DNA from: an uncultured Holophagales bacterium
Lineage (GTDB): Bacteria; Acidobacteriota; Thermoanaerobaculia; Multivoradales; UBA5704
Reading direction: 5' to 3'
Assembly (NCBI GenBank): GCA_963842525.1
Contig: CAWJGT010000009.1
Coordinates: forward strand, 960,001 to 1,024,000
Length of the DNA: 64,000 nucleotides
In this document: positions 20,393-32,618 of the stretch, piece by piece
How the letters are laid out: each line of letters begins with the position of its first letter
Position numbering within the stretch: position 1 is the first letter of the stretch
Position numbers and translations under genes: made by a program
The notes under the pieces: generated by a model
What the model was told of the DNA's origin: nothing
The model's database searches: none
The model's input: the letters and a program-made list of their open reading frames with translations, nothing else

Positions 20393-21979
20393 CTAGCTCG
20401 CCTTCAGCTTGAGAGGCAGGCAGATCCGGAAGAACGGGATCCACCAGAACACGATGTTGAGGACGAAGACGATGATCAGCAGCAGGATGAGGGCGCAGAT
20501 GGTGATGATGGGGATGGACAGCGAGCAGATCATCCCCAGGCTGAAGCCGCCCTCGTCGCCGACGTCGCCGTTGTCCAGGTCCTCCAGCTTGATCCCCTGG
20601 ATGCGCGACATCTGGCGCCGGAGCTGGTCGGAGATTAGGAAGGAGACGGCGCGCGGGAACTTGCGCAGCCCCTTGATGCTGGTGTCGACCGGCATCTGGA
20701 TGCGGATCTGGCGGGCCGGCGCGTCGGGGTCGAAGAAAGTGGCGAGCTGGAAGGCCTGGCTCGGCGCGCTCACCGCCGGCGGATGGATGCCCGCGCAGAC
20801 CGGCCGCTCGTAGACGCACCGCACCACGTAGAGGGCGCCGGCCGACGGGTCGAGCTTGGGCACCGCGGGCACGGCCGCCGCGGGCGGGTCCGGGATCTGG
20901 GCAGAGTCGAAGGCCGCGATCACCGCCGCCTTCAGCGCGTCCGCTATGGGTGCAGGCTGGAAAACGGCGTTGCGCAGGTCGTACATGGGCAGGCTGGGAT
21001 CCGCGCCGGACTCCAGGATCTCGGCCCGCCGGTCGTCCACCTCGCGCAGGGCCTCGGACCAGGTCGAGCCTCCGACAGAGTCGGTGCGCAGGCGCGTCCA
21101 GAGGTCGCGCCTGGGTCCCGTTAGCGAGCTTGTGTTGAACGGCAGGGCGTTCCACACCGTGCTGGCGTGGGTCCGGAGGTATTCGGCCAGATCGAGCAGG
21201 ATGAAGAGCGACGTGGTCCGGGCGAGATCCGTGCCGCTGGCCGTCAGCGGGATGTCCGCCAGCTCGCGCAGCGCCCCGATCACCCGTTCGTCGAGCTCGT
21301 GGTGCCGCGGGTCACCGAGGTCGTCGCCGGGATCGGCGATCGGCGACAGCTCCGGCCCCGCGGCAAAGGTCTCGCGGCTCGCGGCCGGCACCAGGCCGAA
21401 GAGGAGGCGGCGCGGGTGGCCGTTGGCCTTGAAGCTCAGCGGGAAGAGCGGCAGGCGCTCCTCGCCGGGCAGGACGGTTGGAACACTCGCATCCTGCACA
21501 GGCCGCCATCCCTGGCCGGGCACCCAGCCGTGCTCGCGGAAGGTCGAAGGCACGTTGGGATTGACGGTGCCATCCGCCACGGCCGGCACCAGGCGGCGCA
21601 GCACGAACGTGGTGGTCTCGCCGGCCCCGGCGTCGATCTTCCGGTCGGGGAAGCCCGGGGTGCGGCAGACCAGGCTCGCCGTCACGAGATAGAACCGGCC
21701 ATGGACCGGCTGGTAGAGCTTGAGCGTGCGGGCGAGCAGAGGGTCGCCCGGCTCGAGCCAGCCGGCGCCGGGATCGCGCCAGGTCTCGGGGTGCGCCACC
21801 AGGCCGGCCAGGTCCGGCGCCGCCGTGGCGAGGCGCGCCTGCACCTGCTCCATGAAGTCGTCGCCCGCCAGCCGGAGCAGCGCCGGCCGCCGGAAGCGGT
21901 CGGCGACGGGAGCGGACACTCCTCCCTGTAACGCCCGGTTCCACAGCGGCTGTGCCGTCAACCATTCGATCGGATGCAT
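20393..21979 (-). CDS. Uncharacterised eCIS protein with a C-terminal hydrophobic (transmembrane) segment
   Basis: Intact ORF between spike and gp25; LKLYQPVHGRFYLVTASLVC; ends ICSLSIPIITICALILLLIIVFVLNIVFWWIPFFRICLPL. Alternative GTG start at 21982. Confidence 0.75.
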   Translation of the reverse strand: MHPIEWLTAQPLWNRALQGGVSAPVADRFRRPALLRLAGDDFMEQVQARLATAAPDLAGLVAHPETWRDPGAGWLEPGDPLLARTLKLYQPVHGRFYLVTASLVCRTPGFPDRKIDAGAGETTTFVLRRLVPAVADGTVNPNVPSTFREHGWVPGQGWRPVQDASVPTVLPGEERLPLFPLSFKANGHPRRLLFGLVPAASRETFAAGPELSPIADPGDDLGDPRHHELDERVIGALRELADIPLTASGTDLARTTSLFILLDLAEYLRTHASTVWNALPFNTSSLTGPRRDLWTRLRTDSVGGSTWSEALREVDDRRAEILESGADPSLPMYDLRNAVFQPAPIADALKAAVIAAFDSAQIPDPPAAAVPAVPKLDPSAGALYVVRCVYERPVCAGIHPPAVSAPSQAFQLATFFDPDAPARQIRIQMPVDTSIKGLRKFPRAVSFLISDQLRRQMSRIQGIKLEDLDNGDVGDEGGFSLGMICSLSIPIITICALILLLIIVFVLNIVFWWIPFFRICLPLKLKAS

Positions 21980-21994
21980 CACGTTTCCTCGTCC

Positions 21995-22711
21995 CTACCA
22001 GATATTTCCAGCGCCGGGCGTATAGCTGGCGCTGACCACGGAATTGGTGATCACGGTGTCGGCCTGCACCACGCCGCTGAACTTGGACATGCCGGCATTG
22101 ACCGTCACCATGCCGGCCGAGATCTCGACCGTGCTTGCGGTGACCGTGACCTTGGCCGACGTGGTGACCGACACCCCCTCGGGCGCGGCCTTGATCTGGT
22201 TGCCGTTGCTGTCGCGCACCTCGACCGAGCGCGCGCCGTCGTCGAGCAGCACGGTGTGGCCGCCGGGGGTCTCCAGCTTCAGGACCTCGCGGCCGTCGCT
22301 GTCGTCGAGCGTGATCTTGACGCCGTTGCGCGAGCGCAGCAGCTTGACCGGGTTCCTGCCAGCGCCGTCCATGCTCTGCGGCGGGGCGTCGACGCCGTTC
22401 CACAGGCTGCCGACCACATAGGGCCGCCGAGGGTCGCCCGCCTCGAAGGCGAGCAAGACTTCATCGCCCACGTCGGGCACGAACCAGCTCCCGCGGTTGT
22501 TGCCCGCCATCAGGGTGGCGAGCCGCGCCCAGGCCTCGTACGCCTGGCCGTCGCCGTCCGGCGACCACGGGAGCTTGACCTTGACGCGGCCCTGCCCCTG
22601 CGGGTCCGAGATGTCCGAGACCACGGCGGCGTAGACCCCATAGAAGAGCCCGCCGAAGCCGCGGCTCACCCGCGCATCGAGCAGCTCGTCCAGGGCTTCA
22701 GCTACGGGCAT
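21995..22711 (-). CDS. Baseplate spike, gp5/gpV OB-fold protein
   Basis: DPQGQGRVKVKLPW, WARLATLMAG..RGSWFVPDVGDEVLLAFEAGDPRRPYVVGSLWNG; ends YTPGAGNIW. Confidence 0.92.
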   Translation of the reverse strand: MPVAEALDELLDARVSRGFGGLFYGVYAAVVSDISDPQGQGRVKVKLPWSPDGDGQAYEAWARLATLMAGNNRGSWFVPDVGDEVLLAFEAGDPRRPYVVGSLWNGVDAPPQSMDGAGRNPVKLLRSRNGVKITLDDSDGREVLKLETPGGHTVLLDDGARSVEVRDSNGNQIKAAPEGVSVTTSAKVTVTASTVEISAGMVTVNAGMSKFSGVVQADTVITNSVVSASYTPGAGNIW

Positions 22712-22713
22712 GC

Positions 22714-23799
22714 TCAGGGCCTCCCCAGGTTGGGCCGCTCGACGGCGAAGCGGGTGCGGTAGCCATGGAGGGCATCGAACGTCTGCCGCACCTCGGTGAC
22801 GTAGTACTCGCCTTCAAAAAGAGACCCGACGGATTTGAGGTCCACCCGCGTGCCGACCCGGATGCGCGCGTCGCCGTCCGAGATCCCCTGGCCGGTCAGG
22901 AACCGGCGGGCCATGCCGCGGAAGCGCGCCTTGGCCAGGCCGTCGGCCTCGCCGGGGGTGAGCGAGACGAGATGGACGATGCGCTCCGGCCGGTCGCCGA
23001 AGGCGCTCTTGAGGACCTTGGCGCCCGAATCGCCGCCGTTCAGCTCGGACTGCACCGCGCTGTCCGAGGCTTCGCCCTTGATCCCTTCCTTGGCGGCCAC
23101 ATCCCAGCCGGATACGGTGAGGCTGGTGCGCTGGGCGGCCAGGTCGGCGAGGACCGAGAATTCGCGCAGCGTGCGGCCGTACTCCAGCGACACCTGGCCG
23201 GCGTTGCGGCGCGCCCGTGCCTGGGCGTGCAGGGTGGCGCCCTCGACCCAGACCTCGGCGTCGGCGGCGCGCGCCCGCTCGCGCAAAAAGGCCAGGTCGC
23301 TCTGGTTGACCTGGGCGAGCACGGTATGGGTCGGCCCGTCGAGGTCCACCTGCGCCGTGAGGCCGTGCTTGGAGGCGATGAAGCGCGCCACGTCGGCGTC
23401 GCTCGAATCCTCGTAGGTGCGGCTGCGGCGGGTCATGCGCAGGTCCTGCAACCGGTCCTCGGCGAGCACGGCGATCTCCGGCGGCCGGCCTTCGGGGAAG
23501 TGGGCTTCGAGGCCGGTGACCTTCCCCGTGAAGACCTTGGCGGCGGCATCGCCGTCGCCCATGTCCACCTCCAGCGGCTTGCCGAAGTCGAAGGCGGCGC
23601 GGTCGAAGAAGAGGAAGCCGGGAGCGCCGTCCTTGGTCCCCCAGTTGCCGAACACCGCCTCGCAGCGGTAGAGGCCCGCCGTGGTCTCCTCGACGACCAG
23701 CGACAGCAGACCGTCGACGAGGCCCGGCTGGTCGCGGCCGTCCAGGCGGAAGCGCGGGCGGGCGCTGTAGAGGGCCGAGGTGGGGAGGAACGGCGGCAT
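22714..23799 (-). CDS. Late control D / gp27-like baseplate hub protein
   Basis: QVNQSDLAFLRERAR, VSGWDV, GSLFEGEYYVTEVRQTFD..GYRTRF. Confidence 0.9.
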   Translation of the reverse strand: MPPFLPTSALYSARPRFRLDGRDQPGLVDGLLSLVVEETTAGLYRCEAVFGNWGTKDGAPGFLFFDRAAFDFGKPLEVDMGDGDAAAKVFTGKVTGLEAHFPEGRPPEIAVLAEDRLQDLRMTRRSRTYEDSSDADVARFIASKHGLTAQVDLDGPTHTVLAQVNQSDLAFLRERARAADAEVWVEGATLHAQARARRNAGQVSLEYGRTLREFSVLADLAAQRTSLTVSGWDVAAKEGIKGEASDSAVQSELNGGDSGAKVLKSAFGDRPERIVHLVSLTPGEADGLAKARFRGMARRFLTGQGISDGDARIRVGTRVDLKSVGSLFEGEYYVTEVRQTFDALHGYRTRFAVERPNLGRP

Positions 23800-23811
23800 G
23801 CTCTCGTTCTC

Positions 23812-23998
23812 CTAATGCGCCCGCAGCCGGGTCGGTGCGCGCGGCTTGATGGCGCAACAGGTTGCGCAGCTCTTCGAGGCTGAGGGACGGCGGTGAGGCG
23901 GCGCGGCGGCCTCCCGTCCGGCCGGCCCGGCGGCGCCGCGGCGCCTCGCCGGCCGGCGGCGCGGCCACGACATCCAGCTCGTTGATGATCACGCCCAT
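23812..23998 (-). CDS. Small eCIS-associated hypothetical protein (about 60 aa, frameshifted)
   Basis: GGA-preceded ATG MGVIINELDVVAAPP, then LEELRNLLRHQAAR, and RLRAH-stop in an adjacent frame just before the next RBS. Confidence 0.5.
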
Positions 23999-24016
23999 GC
24001 AGTCAGGTCCTTCCGC

Positions 24017-24741
24017 TTAGCGCCTGCCGCCGCCGGGGCTCAGCAGGCCCGGGAGGACGGCGCGGGTTGTCCACGTTGTTGGCTTCGGCGAGGGGGCGCC
24101 AGTTCTCGGCTTGGCCCTGGCGGCCGGCCACGCCCTGCACGGTCTCGCCCTGCCGCACCGGCTCCTGCGGCGTGCGGCCCGGAGCGCCCTGGCCACCCGC
24201 CCCGCCGGCGCCTGCACCGCTTCCGGGGGCGCCTGGCAGGTCGCGGATCTCTCGCTGAATGTCCTGGCTGAGCAGGCTGACCGAGACCTTGGAGCGCAGC
24301 GGCCGGCCTTCTTCGGAGAAGAGCTTCCAGGCTCTCGTTGAGCGACTCCATGATCCCGTCGAACAGGAAGCTCCCCCAGGCGAAGCGCACCCCCGGCGGC
24401 ACCGGGTTCTTCTGCTTGGGGTCCTTCTTCGGCGTGATGAAGTAGGAGACCTCGCGGGTGAGCAGGCGCACGTCGTTGGGTGCCCCCGGCGCGCGGTCGT
24501 CCGGATCGACCGTGACGTCGAACCAGAGGTCGAGCGTCAGCTTGGTGGTGCTCTTGGAGACGAACTGCACGGCCGCCTTCTTGCCCTGGTCGCCGCCGCC
24601 GAGCTGGTTGCTGTAGGCCACCTTCAGGCTGTCGGGGTTGAACTGCACGCGCACCTTCTTCTCCAGCTCGACCACCTGCTGGTTGTTGTCCCACTTGATC
24701 TCCTGCAGCTCGGCCTTGGCGATGGTCTGCGGCTCGGGCAC
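24017..24741 (-). CDS. CIS tube-initiator protein with LysM-like C-terminus (Afp7-like); frameshifts near 24330 and 24060
   Basis: VRVQFNPDSL, LTLDLWFD, PPGVRFAWGSFLFDGIMESL, then FSEEGRPLRSKV and RQGETVQGVA..NWRPLAEANNVDNPR in another frame. Confidence 0.8.
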
Positions 24742-24765
24742 GGTCGATCTCTCCCCCTTTAGGGC

Positions 24766-25233
24766 CTAGGCCCCGGGCGGCACAAGCTGCAGCCGCTCGT
24801 AGGCGATGTTCATCTCTTCGATGGCGATCTGGCCGTCCTTGGCGTTCAGCGCCGGCATCCTCAATTTGGTCGGCAGGCAGCCGGTCAGGGTGAAGGTCAG
24901 CGCCCGCTCGCGCACCCGGTCCTGCGGCAGCAGCACCACCTGGCCGAAGGCGCGGATGCCGCGCGTGTCGCGGCGCAGCACGCGGTCGAACCACGCCCAG
25001 AGGTCGAGCGTGCGGGTGACGCCGCGCTTCAGAACGAGCTGGCCATAGGCCGTGGGGCCCAGCAGGTGGATGGGCCGCGAGTTGTTGCCCCCTTCGCGGA
25101 TGGTCTGCGGCGTCATGGTCACTTCCAGGCCGTCGCACTCGGAGAACTCGGCGTTGCAGAAGATCTGGCCGCCGGGGACCTGGAGCTCCACCAGGAAGTT
25201 GAAGGTGGAGAAGGGGCGCTCGATCTCGGCCAC
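24766..25233 (-). CDS. Tail tube protein, T4 gp19-like (Afp5-like)
   Basis: PFSTFNFLVE, FSECDGL, IREGGNN, LVLKRG, PALNA..IAIEEMNIAYE. Confidence 0.93.
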   Translation of the reverse strand: MAEIERPFSTFNFLVELQVPGGQIFCNAEFSECDGLEVTMTPQTIREGGNNSRPIHLLGPTAYGQLVLKRGVTRTLDLWAWFDRVLRRDTRGIRAFGQVVLLPQDRVRERALTFTLTGCLPTKLRMPALNAKDGQIAIEEMNIAYERLQLVPPGA

Positions 25234-25235
25234 GC

Positions 25236-28071
25236 TCAGGCCTCCTCCAGGAACGGCGGCTCCTGGCCTGCCTGGACCAGGCGCACGGTGAGGAAGGCCA
25301 GCGGGCGCGACGGCGCCACCCGCAGCTCGACGACGAAGCGGCCCAACTCGGCGGTGCCCGGCGGGTTGACCGAGGAGTCGATCACCACGCGGTAGGCCTC
25401 GGCGGGCGTGGCGCCGGTGAAGGCGCCGCGGATGTAGAGCCCGGCCAGCACCTGGTCGAACCGCCGCCAGACGCGGCGCCGGAAGGTGTCGTCGTGCGGC
25501 TCGAAGACGTAGGTGGTCCCCTCGCGCAGCGCCAGCCGGCGGAGCAACGACAGCAACCGGCGGACGTTGACCGGCCGCACCTCCGCGTCATTCGCTGAGC
25601 GTGTCCGCCGAAAGGGCTAGAAAACCGCGCGGGTCGGAGCGCAGCAGGTTGACGCGGACGTTCAGGAGGCGCGCCCAGGAACGGGTGCTGAACGGCGGGT
25701 CCAGGGCCACCACGTCGCGCAGCGGTACGTTGGCCGGCGCGATCCAGGCGCCGCGCGATCGCGCCAGGGCTGCATAGGTGCCGCCGACCGCACCTTCCGG
25801 AGGAGCCCAGAGGGCCTCGCCGCCTGCCGCCACCCCCACCCCCCCAACACCCCGCCGGGCGATCCACGGGTGATAGAGGGCGCCATAGCCGAGCACCGGC
25901 CGCTCGCCGTCGGTGAAGAGCGGCACGCCGCCGGGAGCGAGCAGCGGCACGCCGGCCACAGCCTCGGGCGCGGCGCCGGGGGTCAGATGCGTCAGGTGGT
26001 CCAGCGCCTCCTCCTCGCGGAACGAGCGGGGGAGCGCGAGGAGCGCCAGCAGGTCGCCGCGCGCGCAGCAGAAGCGCAGCAGCGCCCGTTGCACCGCGGC
26101 CAGGACGGTGGCGTCACCGTCGCCCTCGCTGGAGGTCGTCATCCGCCAGGCCGTGGGCGGGGGCGCCGAGCGTCGCAGGGTGATCGACCATGGGCCGCTT
26201 TCGCCATCCCGCACGGCGCGCACGCGGTAGAGGAGCGTCCGTGCCGGGGGGCCGGAGAACCGGTGGGATGTGCCGGAGGCGATGCGGGTCGGGCGGGCGT
26301 CGGCGAAGGACGGATCGGCCGACTCTTCGACGACATAAGCGGTCGCACCAGGAACGCCGGCCCAGAGGAGGACGTCGCCCTCGGGCGGCGAGCCGTACGG
26401 CTCCAGGTGCGGCTCCGGCGTTGCCAGCGGCTCCTCGTCGCAACGGACGAAGGGCTCGGCGGGCAGCACGGCGCGGACGGTGTTGGACCACGGCCCGGCC
26501 TCGCTGCCGCGGTCGGCCCGCACGCGGAACCAGCGCGCCGCGGGACAGGCGACGGGCGGGGGCACATCGAGGAGAAGGCCGGCGATCCCATCCCAGCTCC
26601 GCACGGCGCGGCCAAGGCCGGCATCGTCCCCCTCCTCGACCCGGAAGGTCACGTCCGCCGGTCCCGTCCAGGTCCAGGTCAGGTCCACGCCTTCATCGGA
26701 TTCCGGCGCGGCAACGAGCACCGGCGCCGGCAGCTCGGGCGTGATCTCGGGCGTCTCGCGCTCCCAGCCGGCATGGACGGCATCGGGCACTGCCAGCAGG
26801 CTGACCTCTTCCAGGGGAAGGAGCGCGTGGAGCCCGCCGAGGTCTTCGCCGACCACATACAGCCGGTGGTTGGCCTCGGCGAGGAGCGAGCCGGCGCCGA
26901 GCTGGGCGAGCCGCCGGTCCAGGAAGAGAAGGGCGCCGAAATTCGCCAGGCCGTCGCGCTCCAGTGCCGTGTCCGGCGAAGCGTCCGTGGACGGGCCGCG
27001 GGCCGCGTCCGCCGCAGGGGCCGACGGCATGGCGACGGGCAGATAGAGAGGCGCCGGGTCGTCCGGGCCGGCGAAGGGGAAGCGGGGCGTTGCGGCATCC
27101 CTGGCCAGCGGCCCGCTGGCGGGCACGCCATGGGGCGGCGCCGCCAGGAGCCCGGCGTCGGTAGGCAGGCCACCCCAGAAGCGCGGGTGGGCGGCGGCGA
27201 AGCCGAGCCGGCTGAGCCGGGCGCGCAGCCCGTCACCTTCCCAGGCCAGCAGCTCGAAGGTGAGCCGGCGCACCGACGGCACCCCCGCGAGCGGCGGGCT
27301 GGCCAGGCGGATCGCCTCCCACAGCGCCAGACCGTCGGTCTCGGAGATCGGGATCAGCCGCCGCAGGCCGGGCTCAAGGGCCGACGGCGGCGAGCCCTGT
27401 AGCTCCGGCAGCGCCCAGAACCCCTGGCTGGAGGTCAGCAGCAGGCCGCGCCGCCGGGGCTCCGGCTGCGTCACGGCCTCGACCGGCAGGAAGAGGACCG
27501 GGCCCTGATCGTTGATGGGGTCGAAGTCGAGCTCCAGGAGGTCGCCCGGAGCGGCGCCACCGGGCGGCAGGGAGAGGTACAGGCGGTAGTCGTTGGGAGC
27601 GGCGGAGAACGGCTCGCCCTGGGAGGGATCGAGCGGCAGCCCCTCGCGGTCGAGCACGGCGCCGGCGCGCAGGCGGTCGGCCCAGCTCCCCTCGGCGCGG
27701 GCGCGTGTTTCGGCCGGCTCCCAGGAGTCGGCCCGCACCAGGCCGGGCACCGGAAAGCGCTGGGTGCTCGCTCCGGCGCCGGCTACCCGCACCACCCAGC
27801 AGCGCCGGCCGCCGTTGCGGAAGAAGTCCTCGACCGCGGCGCCCAGGTGAGCGGTCTGCAGCCGTCCGGTTTCGGCGTCCCAGGCGAGCGGCGCGTCGCC
27901 GCCGAACAGGTCGCGAAAGCGCGCCGCGTCCTCCACCGCCACCGGCATCCCCACGGGGCCGGCGGCGGCGAAGCCCACGAACGCCGCCACGTCCATGCGC
28001 GGCAGGGCACGCTCCGCGGCCGGTGGCTCGGCCCGGAACCGGACTCCTGGCAGCTCCGCTTCGAGGATCAC
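25236..28071 (-). CDS. Second, enlarged tail sheath protein with two FnIII-like insertions; frameshift near 25585
   Basis: PRMDVAAFVGFAAAGP, VEDFFRNGGRRCWVVRV, YGALYHPW, RGAWIAPAN; the C-terminal ORF 25236-25580 has VNVRRLL, YVFEPHD, ELRVAPSRPLAFL. Confidence 0.85.
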
Positions 28072-28084
28072 CGCGGCCTCCGCC

Positions 28085-28544
28085 TCACGTGGTCTCCAGC
28101 ACGATCCGCTCGGAGGCCAGGACGAGCTCCTCGATGGCCACGTCCGTGCCCTTGCCGTTGAGCGCCGGGCCGGTGTACTTCATGGGCCGCGCGTTCTTGA
28201 GCTTCCCACTTGACCGCGGTCTCCGACCGGTCCTGGGTGAGCAGCTCGATCGTCACGTCCTTGAGGGCGTCCTGGGCGCCGTTGCGCACCTCCTCCAGCC
28301 ACTGGTAGAGGTTGGTCGCGCCGATGACGCCGCGCTTGAGCGTGATGTCCGGGGTCTTGTACGTGCCGGTGATCTTCATCGGCGCGTTGTCCTTGAAGTT
28401 GCCGGCGCGGTATTCGGCCACGGTGATCTCCATGCCGAGGCCGCTGATCTCCTGGAAGCCGGCCTTGACGTCCGTGGCGTCAAGGCCTTCCCAGCTCACC
28501 AGGAAGTTGAACTGGCTGTAGGGGCGGTCACGTTCGATGGCCAT
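28085..28544 (-). CDS. Tail tube protein, T4 gp19-like (Afp1-like); frameshift near 28205
   Basis: PYSQFNFLV, GFQEISGL, EYRAGN, ITLKRG; continues LKNARPMKYTGPALNGKGTDVAIEELVLASE-stop in another frame. Confidence 0.9.
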
Positions 28545-28561
28545 CGTCTAGCCTCCTCGGG

Positions 28562-30490
<1,929 letters not shown>

Positions 30491-30512
30491 TGCGGTCTTC
30501 CTCCTGATCGGG

Positions 30513-31421
30513 TTACGGGGGCGAGCCCGCTGCTTCGACGAGCAGCTCGGGCCGGCCGGAGGTGCGCAGCACCAGCTCGCGGCCGTAGGCCAGCTCGGCC
30601 TCCAGCTCCGGGATGGTGGGGCCGGCATCCGGCCACAGCCGTGCCGGCTCCTGGTGCCGGATGGCGCGCAGGTCGGGCACGCCCCAGGCGACGGGTTGAG
30701 TGGGAAGCCCGGGTGACCAGCGCACCCGGGCGGTGAGGTGCCAGCGCTGCCCCGCCAGCGGCGGGAACGTGCCGTTGGGCGGCGACGTGGCGATCGTGCC
30801 GGTGACGGTAGGCCAGGGGAGGAGCACGGTCACGCTGCCGCGGCGGTCGGCCAGGCCATACCAGCGGTCGCCCCCCTCCAGCTCCAGCTCCAGCAGCGCA
30901 TGCGCCGCCGGCGCCGGTGCACCATCCGGCCCGCTGCTGTCCGCGTCGGCGAGCTGGGCCCGCACCACGGCCAAGCCGGGGCCTGCCGGCCGGTTGGGGG
31001 ACGAGAACAGATAGCAGCGCGCCGATGCCGCGGACAGCGGGCTCGCATCGAGCCCGGGATTCCACGGGCCGCGGTAGGGGAGCGGCAGGTCCACCGCGAA
31101 CGCCACGGGCAGGAAGCGGCGCCGCGCGTCCTCGACGCTCACCAGGAAGCGCACCGAGAGCGGCTCCGGCGGGCTCGCCAGCAGCTCGGTATCATCGTCA
31201 GAGCGCTCCAGGGCGCGCAGGCCCGGCAGGCCGTGAAAGGCCCACAGCCCGCCGGCGGTGCGCACGGCCGTGCGCTCGGGCCCCACGCCGTCGGCGCGCC
31301 GCGCCCGCACCAGCAGGCTGTCGCGCACCTGCTCGTCGAGAGCGGGGTCCCAGAAGCGGATGCCCAGGAGCGTCCGTACGGTGAGCTCCTCCAGGACACG
31401 GACGTCGACCAGAGGCTCCAT
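30513..31421 (-). CDS. Uncharacterised eCIS-associated protein (beta-rich)
   Basis: Intact ORF between DUF4255 and sheath, tightly coupled to both. Confidence 0.7.
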   Translation of the reverse strand: MEPLVDVRVLEELTVRTLLGIRFWDPALDEQVRDSLLVRARRADGVGPERTAVRTAGGLWAFHGLPGLRALERSDDDTELLASPPEPLSVRFLVSVEDARRRFLPVAFAVDLPLPYRGPWNPGLDASPLSAASARCYLFSSPNRPAGPGLAVVRAQLADADSSGPDGAPAPAAHALLELELEGGDRWYGLADRRGSVTVLLPWPTVTGTIATSPPNGTFPPLAGQRWHLTARVRWSPGLPTQPVAWGVPDLRAIRHQEPARLWPDAGPTIPELEAELAYGRELVLRTSGRPELLVEAAGSPP

Positions 31422-31422
31422 C

Positions 31423-32049
31423 TCAGGCCCTCTCAACAACGCCGTGGCGGAAGCGCCGTTCCTGGACCAGCGGCCGGTCGGCCGGCCCTGCGCCGGCCTC
31501 GCCCGTTGCCGTCTCGGTCTCCACCTGCTCCAGCCACACCGCCCGCGCCTGGTAGGGGACCGACAGGTGGTATTCGTTCTGCGCCAGGTTCTCCCACAGC
31601 CGCAGGAGGTCCTCGGTGGACAGCTCGGTGGGGGAGAGCTCCACCGTCTCCTCGGGCCGGAAGACGTCCGCGGTCACCCGGTTGAGCAGGCCGGCGGGCA
31701 GCACCGGGTGGTCCTCCAGGACGCGCATGGCCCAGCCGGCCACGCGGTGCTGGAGAGAGGCCTCGCGGCCCCAGAACGACAGCAGGAAGTGCAGATCAAG
31801 GGGGAGCTGGTGAGGCGCCTGCACCCCGCCCGGCCCCAGGCGGCCGGCCGGCAGGCGGTGGGTGCCATTGATGTAGACCCGGTAGAGGAAGAGCGACACC
31901 CCGGCGTTCAGCGGCTCTTCCTTGAGCTGCCGGGCGGTGAGCACCCGGAACTGCAGCTCGTGATCGTCGAGCTCCGCCGCAGCGGATTCGGAGCGCAGCA
32001 GCCCCATCACCGCCTCGCAGACCGCCGACACCGCCCGGAAGTCGGCCAT
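31423..32049 (-). CDS. DUF4255 / Pvc16-Afp16-like cap (tail terminator) protein
   Basis: VSAVCEAVMGLL, GVSLFLYRV, LPLDLHFLLSFW, MRVLEDHPVL, LSVPYQARAV. Confidence 0.88.
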   Translation of the reverse strand: MADFRAVSAVCEAVMGLLRSESAAAELDDHELQFRVLTARQLKEEPLNAGVSLFLYRVYINGTHRLPAGRLGPGGVQAPHQLPLDLHFLLSFWGREASLQHRVAGWAMRVLEDHPVLPAGLLNRVTADVFRPEETVELSPTELSTEDLLRLWENLAQNEYHLSVPYQARAVWLEQVETETATGEAGAGPADRPLVQERRFRHGVVERA

Positions 32050-32331
32050 CAGGCGTCCTCCCGCGCGGTGAGGAGCGACCGGACATCGTCCAGCCGTTCG
32101 GGGTCGATCCGGTAGTGGAGCCGCGAGCTGCCGTTGCGCCGCTCGAGCAGAAGCCCGCGGGCGGTGAGCTCCCGAGATCGCCTCGCGGACCTTCTGCATC
32201 TCGTCCGCGATGTAGCGCTCGAGCAGCCACCACTGGACGATCCCCTCCAGGGTGTCCTGGGCCGCGGGATTGTCGGCGAGGTAGGCGAGCACCTCGTAGG
32301 CGAGCGGTGAGCGGAGCTTCGATCGGTCCAT
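32049..32331 (-). CDS. Small winged-helix-like protein, first gene of the eCIS operon; frameshift near 32170
   Basis: EVLAYLADNPAAQDTLEGIVQWWLL..VREAI, continuing ELTARGLLLERR..HYRIDP in another frame; its stop overlaps the DUF4255 start (TGATG). Confidence 0.7.
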
Positions 32332-32347
32332 CGGCACGGCGCTGGAA

Positions 32348-32363
32348 AGCAACCGCGATGCCA
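32348..32363 (-). promoter_or_regulatory. Sigma54 -24/-12 promoter of the eCIS operon
   Basis: Minus strand reads TGGCATCGCGGTTGCT (GG-N10-GC, near consensus TGGCACG-N4-TTGC), 17 nt before the first ATG and next to a sigma54 activator gene. Confidence 0.8.
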
Positions 32364-32368
32364 TGGCC

Positions 32369-32390
32369 TAAGTCATTGAAAATAAAGAAC
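32369..32390 (-). promoter_or_regulatory. Putative IHF binding site
   Basis: Minus strand TTTCAATGACTTA (one mismatch to WATCAA-N4-TTR) in a locally AT-rich patch just upstream of the -24 box. Confidence 0.55.
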
Positions 32391-32460
32391 AATATCTCGC
32401 AGGCTAGGATCTTTTCGTCCGCGTGGCCGGGGCGTGCTTCGGGGATTCCGCCAGTGCGGG

Positions 32461-32519
32461 CAGGGTGGACGAATTTGTCCTAGCCCTGAGGGGAAATGTC
32501 CCTGAGGAAAATTCCCCTG
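32461..32519. promoter_or_regulatory. Candidate upstream activator sequences
   Basis: Imperfect palindrome GGACGAATTTGTCC flanked by CAGGG/CCCTG, followed by related GGGGAAATGTCC and GGAAAATTCCCC, 100-150 bp upstream of the promoter. Confidence 0.4.
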
Positions 32520-32618
32520 CTCCTCGTTTACTTCGAATGTAGCGAACTTGCTCTGAGTGTCGCCTAAGCTTGTAGAGGATCTCTCGCCGGCGAGAGCCGT
32601 CGAATGCGGAGCGCAAGG

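Noticed and set aside
24060-28210. Programmed frameshifting in tail genes
   Set aside because: No clear slippery heptamers at the shifts, and similar shifts occur in unrelated PKS and NRPS genes.
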